From Dehalococcoidia bacterium (GTDB taxonomy: Bacteria; Chloroflexota; Dehalococcoidia; Dehalococcoidales; W498), in the NCBI GenBank assembly GCA_011170285.1, contig DUEE01000002.1, forward strand, positions 64,253 to 128,252: a DNA stretch of 64,000 bases. Direction: 5' to 3'. Positions 31,976 through 41,354 of the stretch are shown piece by piece. A program made the position numbers and the translations under genes. The notes beneath the pieces were generated by a model. The model was given only the letters and a program-made list of their open reading frames with translations, was not told the origin of the DNA and did not search any database. Every line of letters starts with the position of its first letter. Within the stretch, counting starts at the first letter, position 1.

Positions 31976-32005
31976 GCTTAATTTAACCTCTCTTAGTAAT
32001 ATAAC

Positions 32006-32185
32006 TTATATCGAGGCAGGAAATCCATCTGCAAGAAGTATTTTAATGTAAGCTTCCGTTGCCTTCGTTATACTCTTTAAAGCTTCTTCACTGGTCTCAC
32101 TCTATGAGACACACCCCTTTAACGCAGGGACATAAGCAACATAGTCCGATTCACTATCCTACTCAGTTATCACCGTGTATGTCAC
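32006..32185 (-). pseudogene. Decayed hicB-family antitoxin gene (two in-frame TAG codons)
   Basis: A GTG start behind AGAGG gives VTYTVITE*DSESDYVAYVPALKGCVS*SETSEEALKSITKATEAYIKILLADGFPASI*. The second TAG sits where intact copies have Q (PGCVSQG). Confidence 0.6.
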
Positions 32186-32208
32186 TTATACCTCTTGCTT
32201 TATATATC

Positions 32209-32282
32209 TGGCTGGGGAAGTAGGATTCGAACCTACCCTGACGGATCCAGAATCCGCTGTCCTACCACTAGACTATTCCCCA
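32209..32282 (-). tRNA. tRNA-Gln (anticodon CTG), CCA encoded
   Basis: TGGGGAATAGTCTAGTGGTAGGACAGCGGATTCTGGATCCGTCAGGGTAGGTTCGAATCCTACTTCCCCAGCCA. It has the U1-A72 pair and G73 discriminator typical of tRNA-Gln. Confidence 0.85.
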
Positions 32283-32412
32283 GCACCCCAAAATTATAGC
32301 ACGGAGCTATACCAATGGCAACAAGAGGGTAATTTAAAACCCCCTACATGGTTTGACATGCTTAGCTTAGATGTTTATGTTAGAATTATGTTGAGAAAGT
32401 GGGGATTACATT

Positions 32413-33111
32413 TTGGCTGATTTAGCTGCTCTACAACAAATTATGGGACTCTCCTTTAATAACACATCCCTGCTGGAGCAATCTCTAGTTCACAGCTCTT
32501 ATATTAACGAGAATCCTGGCTTTGCTCCATTTTCCAATGAAAGGCTAGAATTTTTAGGCGATGCTGTTTTGGGCTTTGTCATTACTGAAAAGTTATACCA
32601 GGACTTCCCTCACTTCACTGAGGGAGAAATGACAAGAGTACGCGCAACTCTAGTGCGTGGCGATACTCTAGCTGGTATAGCAACAACCTTTGGACTCGGT
32701 GATTATCTCTATCTGGGAAAGGGGGAGGAGGCAAGTGGTGGACGGCAGAAACCGACTAACCTTGCAGGAACCTTAGAAGCATTGATAGCTGTCATCTTCC
32801 TTGACCAGGGATTGGTTGCTGCCGGGGATTTCATCCTGAGTTTACTCGATAAAGAGCTACGGAAGATTGTAAGCCAAGGTGTAGAGGTTGATTATAAAAC
32901 ACAACTTCAGGAGCTCATCCAGTCAAGGCAGCAACCGACGCCTTTCTACTATGTAGTAGAAGCAACCGGACCAGACCACGACAGAAGGTTTACTGTTGAG
33001 GTAAGAGTGGGTGATGCTGTATTAAGCAAGGGGACAGGCAAGAGTAAAAGGCTGGCAGAAACTGAAGCTGCCCGCTTAGCATTAGAGCAACTTTCAACTT
33101 ACTTTACATAG
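32413..33111 (+). CDS. rnc: Ribonuclease III
   Basis: 232 aa with the signature ERLEFLGDAVL and a C-terminal dsRBD (GKSKRLAETEAAR). Confidence 0.93.
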   Translation: MADLAALQQIMGLSFNNTSLLEQSLVHSSYINENPGFAPFSNERLEFLGDAVLGFVITEKLYQDFPHFTEGEMTRVRATLVRGDTLAGIATTFGLGDYLYLGKGEEASGGRQKPTNLAGTLEALIAVIFLDQGLVAAGDFILSLLDKELRKIVSQGVEVDYKTQLQELIQSRQQPTPFYYVVEATGPDHDRRFTVEVRVGDAVLSKGTGKSKRLAETEAARLALEQLSTYFT

Positions 33112-33177
33112 TGGCATTTCTTTGCTAAACTTAAATTTATAGTCCTTATCGTCTATTACCCAAATAGAGGTGTCGTT

Positions 33178-33324
33178 ATGGGAAGGCGAGATTTCAGACA
33201 TAGAGAACCAAAGAAACCCAAAAAGAGCACCAAGAAGGTAACGGTGACTAGCATCCTGCCATCTCCAACCACTGTAGAAGTAGTTAAGAAGGGAAAGAAG
33301 GAAAGAAAAGTAGAGGAGGAATAA
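33178..33324 (+). CDS. Candidate 48-aa Lys-rich small protein
   Basis: ATG 33178 behind AGAGGTG gives MGRRDFRHREPKKPKKSTKKVTVTSILPSPTTVEVVKKGKKERKVEEE*. Below the ORF-track cutoff. Confidence 0.4.
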   Translation: MGRRDFRHREPKKPKKSTKKVTVTSILPSPTTVEVVKKGKKERKVEEE

Positions 33325-33329
33325 GACAG

Positions 33330-34265
33330 ATAGCAGCTTATCAGCAGCTTTATGGCACTGGGGAGTTAAAGGCTCGCCTTGAGAAAGCCAAATCAATACT
33401 TGAAGAATGCTGCTTATGCCCTCGCCACTGCGGTGTTAATCGCCTAGCTGGTGAAAGCGGAAAGTGCCAGGTTACTGACCAAGTGGTAGTTTCCAGCTAT
33501 GGTCCTCACTTCGGGGAAGAGGCGCCTTTAGTCGGTAGGCATGGCTCTGGAACCATCTTTTTCACCTATTGTAATCTACGCTGTGTCTTCTGCCAGAATT
33601 ACACTATAAGCCAGTTAGGTGAAGGGTGTGTTATTGACAAGGAAGAACTGGCAAGAATGATGCTCTCCCTTCAGGCTAGTGGCTGCCACAACATAAATCT
33701 AGTGAGTCCAACCCATATAGTGCCTCACATCCTGGAGGCTTTATATCTGGCAGTGAGCATGGGTCTCCATTTACCCTTGGTCTATAACTCTGGTGGCTAT
33801 GATTCTGTAGACACCCTGGAGCTATTGGACGGGATTGTTGACATCTATATGCCTGATATGAAGTATTCTGATGCTAAAATTGCTGAGCAGCTATCCGGGA
33901 TAGAAGACTACCCCAAGATAAATAAAGCAGCCATTAAGGAAATGTACCGCCAGGTGGGTGACCTCCAGATAGATGAACAGGGGATAGCTCAGCGCGGTCT
34001 TCTGGTACGCCATCTGGTGCTGCCTCACCATTTGGCTGGAACTCAGGAGATAGTGCGTTTCCTTGCCAGAGAGGTCTCCACCAATACCTACCTGAACATT
34101 ATGGCTCAGTATCATCCCTGCTATAAAGCCTTTGATATACCATTACTGTCCCGTCCGGTGAATAAACAGGAATTCTATGAAGCCATAGACCTGGCTCATC
34201 AGCAGGGTTTATACCGCCTAGATAAATATCACTTTCCGCTACCATTAAGGTTTATTGTAGGATAA
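33330..34265 (+). CDS. PflX-like (COG1313-type) radical SAM protein; start codon unresolved
   Basis: Contains CNLRCVFCQN (CxxxCxxC). The reading frame and family-typical N-terminal segment (YQQLYGTGELKARLEKAKSILEECCLCPRHCGVNRLAGESGKCQV) extend upstream of the track's GTG 33483. The only candidate start is ATA 33330, 9 nt after AGGAGGA. Confidence 0.8.
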   Translation: MAAYQQLYGTGELKARLEKAKSILEECCLCPRHCGVNRLAGESGKCQVTDQVVVSSYGPHFGEEAPLVGRHGSGTIFFTYCNLRCVFCQNYTISQLGEGCVIDKEELARMMLSLQASGCHNINLVSPTHIVPHILEALYLAVSMGLHLPLVYNSGGYDSVDTLELLDGIVDIYMPDMKYSDAKIAEQLSGIEDYPKINKAAIKEMYRQVGDLQIDEQGIAQRGLLVRHLVLPHHLAGTQEIVRFLAREVSTNTYLNIMAQYHPCYKAFDIPLLSRPVNKQEFYEAIDLAHQQGLYRLDKYHFPLPLRFIVG

Positions 34266-34276
34266 AGTGATTCGTA

Positions 34277-34558
34277 ATGACTGACTTAGTCTCAGTGCAG
34301 GCAATAGTATATGGTTATGTTCAGGGTGTTCTCTTCCGCGACTTTATATCCAAGCGAGCCAAAGAGTTGGGTCTGGTTGGCTATGTACGCAACCTACCTG
34401 AGGGAAATGTAGAAGTAAACGCTGAAGGGAGAAGAAAGCAGTTAGTAAAGCTAATTGGCTACTGTAAAGTAGGACCGCCTATGGCTGAAGTAGACAAAGT
34501 AGTAGTAAACTGGTCAGAATATAGCGGAAAGTTCTCCCATTTTTCTATAAGTTATTAG
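34277..34558 (+). CDS. acyP: Acylphosphatase
   Basis: 93 aa with VYGYVQGVLFRDF...GYVRNLPEGNVEV. Confidence 0.9.
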   Translation: MTDLVSVQAIVYGYVQGVLFRDFISKRAKELGLVGYVRNLPEGNVEVNAEGRRKQLVKLIGYCKVGPPMAEVDKVVVNWSEYSGKFSHFSISY

Positions 34559-34565
34559 CTAGGAT

Positions 34566-34979
34566 TTAGGTTTGCACCTGTCTCAAGCCATAATATTGGT
34601 CACTATTAAGTAGATGCGGTAGAATCTCATCCGAGGTACGGTAGGTATCTCTACCACGCCACTCACTTAGTCGCTTGCCTAGTTCCTCCACATCAACGGG
34701 CTCATTGCCATTCCCTAAGAAAAAGCGAAATACACTCTCTAATATGGGTAATTCACCGCTAATAAAATTTGTTGCTTGAGAACAGCAGTTTTTAATATTA
34801 GCTAAAATGTCAGACGGCGAAACCTCTCCTTCTCCTACCATCAACCGCTCCTGGCACTTGGGACACATACGGCTCCGCGCCAAGATAATAAATGAGCGAT
34901 TATTCTTCTGATACCAATCTAAATCAATAAACCAGCGCTGTCGATGTTGGTCAAAACTCATGTTTTCTTTATTCACCAA
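34566..34979 (-). CDS. Hypothetical protein
   Basis: 137-aa ORF with a single CPKC pair and no recognised family. Confidence 0.5.
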   Translation of the reverse strand: MVNKENMSFDQHRQRWFIDLDWYQKNNRSFIILARSRMCPKCQERLMVGEGEVSPSDILANIKNCCSQATNFISGELPILESVFRFFLGNGNEPVDVEELGKRLSEWRGRDTYRTSDEILPHLLNSDQYYGLRQVQT

Positions 34980-34999
34980 ACTATTTACAATAGAGACCT

Positions 35000-35731
35000 T
35001 TAAGCCTCAAATTCTGCTTTGGCTATCTTAATCAAGTCAAGATACTCTGTCTCAAGCCCTAGTAATTCCGAGACTTCACAATCTACCTCATAAGGCTCAC
35101 CGATAAACACCTTGCCATACTCCTCAATCTCACCCTGAGTAGGGTCATCGTGGTAAATAAACTTCTGGCGAGCCTCTATAATCCCCAGGTCAAAGGGTAA
35201 AGTAAAATAGAGGTCAGCTATCACCCTATCTATCCCCAGACTATATAAGGCTTCCCATCCATTTAACTGTTCACTACTATACTTGCTGCCTGGGAGCAGG
35301 GTAAGCAGGTTCATTATGCTAAGTCTACCTCTACCATCAGAAATCCTTAATGGAGCTACATTTATTAAGTAGTCGCTAGACAAGATAACATTAGGCACCC
35401 AGAAGGTCGGTATAGCCAAAGGCTTAGATAGAGGATTATCTACCTCTACCCAGATACAACCCTTTACATCCAGAGTTAATACCCGCGGGAAATCATAACC
35501 TAATGCCTGGTAGATGGGGCGGATTGGTTCCCCTCCGGGAGTGCCCTCAAGTAAAAGAATATCGGCATCACTGACTTGTCTGATACCCTCTATTATTGCC
35601 GATAACATATCCGGGCTAGTGGTTACCGGATATGGTACCGGACAAGAGGCACTGGGTTTAATCAAAACACGTCGTGCTCTGGATATTACTGGTGGCGGTT
35701 CAAAAACAAAATCTGAAGCCTCAAATATCAA
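35000..35731 (-). CDS. DUF362-like protein
   Basis: 243 aa. RVLIKPSAS...VTTSPDMLSAIIEGI...ILLLEG resembles the DUF362 N-terminal pattern. Confidence 0.6.
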   Translation of the reverse strand: MIFEASDFVFEPPPVISRARRVLIKPSASCPVPYPVTTSPDMLSAIIEGIRQVSDADILLLEGTPGGEPIRPIYQALGYDFPRVLTLDVKGCIWVEVDNPLSKPLAIPTFWVPNVILSSDYLINVAPLRISDGRGRLSIMNLLTLLPGSKYSSEQLNGWEALYSLGIDRVIADLYFTLPFDLGIIEARQKFIYHDDPTQGEIEEYGKVFIGEPYEVDCEVSELLGLETEYLDLIKIAKAEFEA

Positions 35732-36072
35732 GACTTCCTCCTGAAGTTTATCCTACCAACTTTTACTTTTTCTATAATACTCCAATCTATCCTTATCACT
35801 AGCCCTGTCTCCCTTTGCCACCCCAATCTTATCCTCGGGAATAAGCATCCGCCTATTAATTCAGGTCATAGAGAAGGAGGCTAATAAGCAATTCCATCCT
35901 TGTCCTTATAGTGCTGTGTACGGGACTATGGTTAAAGTTGTGGCTGGGAGCTCTCCCTGCCTGAATTTCACCTGGCTAGTATCCAACTTGCTTATACCTT
36001 TTTCCCGGAAGAAATTCATCTACACCATTATTAGGTATTAAATCCTTATAATTTAAAGCCTCCCTGTCTCGT

Positions 36073-37575
36073 CTAGGATTTGGCAAGAGAAAGGACGAGA
36101 TTTACCAATGTCCTTACTGGCACCCCGGTAGCCCCTTTTACTAGATAGGCTCGCTCTTTTTCACTTTCACTGGTACCGGCAATATCCAAATGAACCCACG
36201 GGGTATCGCCAACAAATTCAGCTAGAAACTGAGCCGCGGTGATAGCACCCGCGGATCTACCACCAACATTTTTAATATCAGCAACATCACTCTTATTCTG
36301 CTCTTTATATTCCTCATACATCGGCATCTGCCAGATAGGTTCGCCAGCTTCATTACCAGCCGCAATTACCTTATTTATCAGCTCCTGATTATTACCAAAA
36401 GCACCAGTACATAAAGTACCCAGAGCTATCTGGCAGGCTCCAGTTAAAGTAGCTACATCAATTATATGCTTGGCATCAAGCTTATTGGTATAGCTCAAAG
36501 CATCAGCTAAAATAAGCCTCCCTTCGGCATCTGTGGAGATAATCTCAATCGTCTTACCATTCATTGCGGTCAGGACATCACCCGGCTTCAGAGCGTTACC
36601 ATCAGGCAGGTTCTCTGTAGCCGGGATAATAGCGGCAACATTAATCTTGGGCTTAAGCCGAGCAATAGCACTTATCGCTGCCATGACAGCAGCACCTCCA
36701 GCCATGTCTCCTTTCATCTCTCCCATCCTCTCCGATGGTTTTATAGAGATACCCCCGGAATCAAAGGTTACCCCTTTGCCGACTAACGCCACATTAAGCT
36801 GTGTAGAGTCATCCCCTTTATAGTGGAGGATAATGAGTTTCGGTAATTGCCGACTTCCCTGGCTTACGCCAAGCAGTCCTCCCATGCCTAATTCCTGCAT
36901 TTTCTCTTGCTCAAAGATGCTAAGCTCAAGCCTGTAACTCTCAGCCAGATTAGCTGCTATCTCAGCCATATTACTGGGGGTCATATGGTTAGCTGGCTCA
37001 TTGACCATATCACGAGCCAGGTTAGTTGCCTCGGCTAGAACTTTGCCCTCATAACAAGCCTGCTCCAAACGAGGAAGTTTAGTTCCGTCAGTCCCCACTA
37101 TAGCAAGCTCCTTAATCTCACCATATTCAGCCTCTTTGGTTATATGTCTGCGAAACGAATAGACACCAAGCAGAGCACCCTCGGTTACTGCTCGAACAGC
37201 ACTCTCCAGGTTTATTCCGGATATTCCTGCTCCTTGGGCAACAGTAGCGATGCTATTGACACCCTTCTGCCGTAGAAACCGACAAGCCTCAGCCACTACC
37301 CCACTAACCTTATCCTGAGATAGCGACTGCTGCTTACCCAGTCCAACAACTACTACCCGAGCTGCTGGAAGCTTACCCAGGCTATGGATAATAGTAATCT
37401 CATTGAGTTTACCCTTAATCTCGTCCTGGCTAATAAGCTGAGAGATGGCGCCATCTAAAGCCTTATCTATAGCAGCCGTATCACCTTCTGGGTGTTCCAT
37501 CCCTTCAAAAAAGGGCACAATAATTGCGTCAGCTTTGGTCTTAATAATATCACCAACTATAACCTTAATCTCCAT
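36073..37575 (-). CDS. pepA: Leucyl aminopeptidase (M17)
   Basis: Contains VGKGVTFDSGGISIKP and STDAEGRLILAD. ATG 37575 is preferred because it follows AAGGGAG; the track start 37611 would overlap the upstream gene. Confidence 0.93.
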   Translation of the reverse strand: MEIKVIVGDIIKTKADAIIVPFFEGMEHPEGDTAAIDKALDGAISQLISQDEIKGKLNEITIIHSLGKLPAARVVVVGLGKQQSLSQDKVSGVVAEACRFLRQKGVNSIATVAQGAGISGINLESAVRAVTEGALLGVYSFRRHITKEAEYGEIKELAIVGTDGTKLPRLEQACYEGKVLAEATNLARDMVNEPANHMTPSNMAEIAANLAESYRLELSIFEQEKMQELGMGGLLGVSQGSRQLPKLIILHYKGDDSTQLNVALVGKGVTFDSGGISIKPSERMGEMKGDMAGGAAVMAAISAIARLKPKINVAAIIPATENLPDGNALKPGDVLTAMNGKTIEIISTDAEGRLILADALSYTNKLDAKHIIDVATLTGACQIALGTLCTGAFGNNQELINKVIAAGNEAGEPIWQMPMYEEYKEQNKSDVADIKNVGGRSAGAITAAQFLAEFVGDTPWVHLDIAGTSESEKERAYLVKGATGVPVRTLVNLVLSLAKS

Positions 37576-37588
37576 CACAAATCTCCCT

Positions 37589-38170
37589 TTACTTATTAAT
37601 TTCTCTAACAATCTTATTGAGGACGAGAGTAATATCTCTGGATGTATCTACGGCATAGTAGTTACGACCAATTTCCTCAACTGTAGACCTCATCCTCTTA
37701 TATACCGTCCAGTCGGCATCTGATTTACCCTCCGAATTTTCCAGCCTAGCCTTAAGCCGTTCATGCACTACCTGGAGCGGGGCTCCAACACGGACCAATA
37801 TTAGCTTAACATTCAAACGATCAGCAATATTATATAGACGCTCACGGTGTCGCTCCGACAGATTTGTAGCATCCAGAATAAGTGGTATTCCTCCCTTCAG
37901 TAGCCTCTCAATGAGAAGATTACAGGCGCGAAAAAGGCGATAGCTCTCCTGTAAACCATAATTTGGGGATGAGAAGAGAACCTTACGCAAGGCATCACTT
38001 TCCAGAATAACAAACGGTAACCTCTCAACTAACTTACTACAGAAGTAAGATTTCCCTACCCCGGGCAAGCCGCTCACTGCAATAAAAGCAGGCTCTATCA
38101 TCGGTTCAGGAAGCTCCCCTAAAGTCTCACTCAATCGTTCAACATCCGAAACAAGCTCAGTATATTCCAT
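37589..38170 (-). CDS. P-loop kinase-like ATP-binding protein (AAA_33/zeta-like)
   Basis: 193 aa with Walker A GLPGVGKS and a small-kinase layout. Confidence 0.65.
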   Translation of the reverse strand: MEYTELVSDVERLSETLGELPEPMIEPAFIAVSGLPGVGKSYFCSKLVERLPFVILESDALRKVLFSSPNYGLQESYRLFRACNLLIERLLKGGIPLILDATNLSERHRERLYNIADRLNVKLILVRVGAPLQVVHERLKARLENSEGKSDADWTVYKRMRSTVEEIGRNYYAVDTSRDITLVLNKIVREINK

Positions 38171-38492
38171 TCTATTGATTATAGAATATTTTTACCTTTT
38201 TGGCTAGGTAGTTTGGTAAAAATCTGGTTAATTAATTAAAGTAGCGGGAGGCTTCTTTGCCGGCCTAAGAGGGGCATAAAACTGGGCGGGATTTATGCCT
38301 ATCACATCCTGATAGACCTTATCGTTAAAATGATGTGCAATCGCACCAAGGCAATGCTATAATTCGCCACCTGCTCTTAAGGGATATGGGCTGTAGTATC
38401 AGTTGCAATAGCCATCTTATTAACTCTAAAAATCCAATTTCTCCTTATAGTTGCCAAATAAAGTAAGGATTATAAGAGCCAAAGCGGTGGCG

Positions 38493-39146
38493 CTATTTTG
38501 TCTCTTCTCTTTTATCTTCAGGCCGTTGCCTGTCACCAAAGATAAACTCCTTTTTAGTCTCGCTCTTAGTCCAAACTGCCCTAGCTGTTGGTAAAAATTT
38601 TACGCCGATTAATACCCCTAGGATAATGACCAGGGTAACAGCCAATTTTGATTGCGTTAGTAACCAGATAATAAGAGGTAGAAACAGGATACCAATGGCC
38701 ATAGACAAGGCTACATTACGGGTAATTACGAAGGGGATAATGATTACAGCCAGGAAGATTAGAAATCCATACCAATATCCATAGATAGGCATCAGGACAG
38801 CTAGAGCACCAAAGGTAGTCCCCATGCCTTTGCCCCCGCTGAATTTCAGAAAGACCATCCACATATGTCCAATCACGGCAGCTAATCCGGCGAGCATAAC
38901 AAATAGCTGGGGCACATCCAATAGCCAGTAGGCTATGGCTACTGCTGCCGCCCCCTTACTCAGGTCAACTATACCCACGGCTAGGGCAGGTTTAGCCCCT
39001 ACTTCTAGGTAGGTATTTAAGCCACCTACATTGCCACCGCCCATCTGGCGTATATCCTTACTGGCGGCTATCCGGGTGGCAATATAGGCTGAAGGAATAG
39101 AGCCTAATAAATAGCCAAGTATCACGGCTACAATCTCATTGACCAC
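38493..39146 (-). CDS. plsY: Glycerol-3-phosphate acyltransferase PlsY
   Basis: 217 aa polytopic protein with GYLLGSIPSAYI, GGNVGGLN and SGGKGM motifs. Confidence 0.85.
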   Translation of the reverse strand: MVNEIVAVILGYLLGSIPSAYIATRIAASKDIRQMGGGNVGGLNTYLEVGAKPALAVGIVDLSKGAAAVAIAYWLLDVPQLFVMLAGLAAVIGHMWMVFLKFSGGKGMGTTFGALAVLMPIYGYWYGFLIFLAVIIIPFVITRNVALSMAIGILFLPLIIWLLTQSKLAVTLVIILGVLIGVKFLPTARAVWTKSETKKEFIFGDRQRPEDKREETK

Positions 39147-39187
39147 CTTTAACCCTCATGAGAGAATACTTGTAACCCGACAACAAC

Positions 39188-40042
39188 TTATTCCTTGTAA
39201 TAAGCAAAACCCAAGGTTCCAGTGCCAGTGGCATAGCCCATTACCGGGCTAAACTCGGTAAGCCAGAGCTCGGCACAATTAAATTCAGATGATATCCGCG
39301 CCGTCAGCCTCTCGGCTTCTTCCTGGGCATAGGCATGCATCACGGCAACATGCACTGGGTTTTGTCCTACTTTGTCTCCCATCATTTTAAGGACACGATT
39401 TATGCCACGCTCTTTGCTTCTCACCGCCCCAGCAAAACGCACCAGCCCCGAGGAACTGGTAAGTATTGGTTTGATTTTAAGCACTGAACCTACCTGGGCA
39501 GCCACTTTAGGTACGCGCCCTGTTCGGTAAACATGACGGATTGTATCCACAAAGAGAAGAAAAGTCACCCTGTCTCTCACTTCCTCAGCGGCTTGGACCA
39601 CCTCAGCCAAGTTCTCCCCCTCGGCGGCTGCTCTAGCCCCAGCCAGGGCAACAAAGCCCTGGGCGGCGGTAACAGTCTGGGAATCCAATACCTCAATGGA
39701 TGTCTGGGGAAGTTCAGACTTGGCTTGTTCCCTGGCAACACAAGCCATTTCATACCCGGTACTTAGCTTAGATGAAAGAGTAACACAAAGAATGTGCTTG
39801 GTTTGCTCGCTTGCCTTATGGTAGGCTTCGAGATAGTGCCCGGGTGATGCTGGCGATGTAGTAAACCTTTCGGGATCCTGTAAAAATAACTCATAAGCCT
39901 CAGTGGGAGTTATATCCACCCAATCCCGATAGACCTCGTTGCGAAAGCAAATGCTAATGGGCACAATCTCAATCCCATATTGCTCCACCAACCCCCTGGG
40001 GAGGCAAGCTATGCTATCAGTTACGATGATTACCCCTGGCAT
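39188..40042 (-). CDS. DegV family fatty-acid-binding protein
   Basis: DegV pattern (IIVTDSIACLP...). ATG 40042 behind GAGG is preferred over the track's GTG 40054. Confidence 0.85.
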   Translation of the reverse strand: MPGVIIVTDSIACLPRGLVEQYGIEIVPISICFRNEVYRDWVDITPTEAYELFLQDPERFTTSPASPGHYLEAYHKASEQTKHILCVTLSSKLSTGYEMACVAREQAKSELPQTSIEVLDSQTVTAAQGFVALAGARAAAEGENLAEVVQAAEEVRDRVTFLLFVDTIRHVYRTGRVPKVAAQVGSVLKIKPILTSSSGLVRFAGAVRSKERGINRVLKMMGDKVGQNPVHVAVMHAYAQEEAERLTARISSEFNCAELWLTEFSPVMGYATGTGTLGFAYYKE

Positions 40043-40068
40043 AATAAACCTCACAATGAGACAACCGC

Positions 40069-41001
40069 CTAAACTATCGGCTGTTGCCTACCATGCTTTA
40101 GCCAATGTTCCAGCAATGCTGGGATCAAGACAAGTCCCAACATAACCACAATTAGAACTAGAAGAGCAAATAGCCCAAGCTTTCCCTCAGCATAACAGGC
40201 GACCATAATTAAAGTTAGAAGTCCCGATATAACTAGTACCGATACCTTTAGCCACCGTTGTCTCAGCCGGATGAATAAGGCTACAGCTACCGCTAAAGCT
40301 AAAAAGCTCAGTCCAATCCAAGTAGCAAAATTTTGGATTCGCTCAAGCCAATACTCAGGGTATCTACCCATTGGCTCCACAACTAAAAACCACGCAATAA
40401 TAGTTGGCACCGGAAGCAGCATTAGGGAGCAATACAGCCAATCTCTTTTTATGGTCTGAAGTGTAATAGAGTAAAGTAACCATAAAGCCAGTGGGATATA
40501 AAGGAGTATAGCTAACCACGACCATCCTTTAGGTAAATAAAGTAAGGAGAGACCAGCCGCTACTACCGGCAGTAAGGAATAACCCAGCCAAGAGAAAAGC
40601 CATGTTGGTTTACCATGCCACCAACCATATACAGCCATAGTCAGGACGGAGACAAGCATAATTAATAGCCAACCACTACCTCGCCACCAATTGAGGACAA
40701 AAAGTGAGGCAAAAAGAAAGTGTGGCATTGAAGCTAATAGTGTTTGCCTCCAGGTACCCTGGCTATGAGCCTCATATAACTGACAAGCTACTAACTTAGC
40801 CGAGCCCAAGAGACTGACACAAGTGTTAGCTGCTTCCTCTTCAGATAATCCGGACTCCTTCAGTTCTCTGAGTTTATCATCAATATGCGTTTGTAACTCA
40901 TCGATAACTTCCTCCTCAGACGAAGGCTCAAGTCTCAGATTATCTCGAATACAGTTGAGATAAGAACTCAGTGAAGTTGTCATTTCTCTACTCCACATCA
41001 A
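40069..41001 (-). CDS. PadR-associated polytopic membrane protein (permease-prefix / HAAS-like N-terminal helices)
   Basis: 310 aa. An N-terminal soluble helix bundle (IDELQTHIDDKLRELKESGLSEEEA) is followed by about 6 TM helices. Overlaps the padR stop by 4 nt. Confidence 0.6.
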   Translation of the reverse strand: MMWSREMTTSLSSYLNCIRDNLRLEPSSEEEVIDELQTHIDDKLRELKESGLSEEEAANTCVSLLGSAKLVACQLYEAHSQGTWRQTLLASMPHFLFASLFVLNWWRGSGWLLIMLVSVLTMAVYGWWHGKPTWLFSWLGYSLLPVVAAGLSLLYLPKGWSWLAILLYIPLALWLLYSITLQTIKRDWLYCSLMLLPVPTIIAWFLVVEPMGRYPEYWLERIQNFATWIGLSFLALAVAVALFIRLRQRWLKVSVLVISGLLTLIMVACYAEGKLGLFALLVLIVVMLGLVLIPALLEHWLKHGRQQPIV

Positions 41002-41333
41002 GTACTTAGTGGCTCAATAATCAGGTTCATGGCAGCTAAAAAATCCCGCCACTGATCCATTTTAGCTACCAATATTTGGTTGCCTTTATTGGTAATGTAA
41101 TAGTATCTCCTCTGCCGTCCACCGGCTAAAGTCTGCCACTTGCCCAAGATTAAGCCCGCCCTTTCCAAACGGTGAAGAGCTGGATAAAGAGTCCCCTCCT
41201 TAAATTTGAAGTAGCCCCGACTTTTTCTCTCAAGCTCTTTAATTATCTGGTAACCATACATTGGTTGCCGACTTATTAGGTGCAGAAGTAAAGAATCGGT
41301 GCTACCTTTCATTAATTTACGCCTTGGCACCAT
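40998..41333 (-). CDS. PadR family transcriptional regulator
   Basis: 111 aa winged helix with MYGYQIIKELE...GTLYPALHRLERAGLI. Confidence 0.88.
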   Translation of the reverse strand: MVPRRKLMKGSTDSLLLHLISRQPMYGYQIIKELERKSRGYFKFKEGTLYPALHRLERAGLILGKWQTLAGGRQRRYYYITNKGNQILVAKMDQWRDFLAAMNLIIEPLST

Positions 41334-41354
41334 TCACATTACCTCCTTAATTTA

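Noticed and set aside
31754-32185. In-frame TAG codons considered as recoding (pyrrolysine or amber suppression)
   Set aside because: TAG is used as a normal terminator in this window (atpD, rpmG). One copy also lacks a start codon, and there is no hicA partner. Pseudogenisation is the simpler explanation.
33094-33396. 100-aa minus-strand ORF
   Set aside because: It overlaps the rnc 3' end, the better-supported plus-strand 48-aa ORF and the conserved 5' part of the radical SAM gene. There is no SD.
35732-36072. 340-bp gene-free interval (and a similar one at 38171-38492) inspected for a structured RNA (SRP, 6S, riboswitch)
   Set aside because: By eye I could find only short hairpins (for example GCATAAA-N10-TTTATGC at ~38273-38300) and no recognisable conserved RNA motifs. 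A covariance-model scan (Rfam/Infernal) would be needed.
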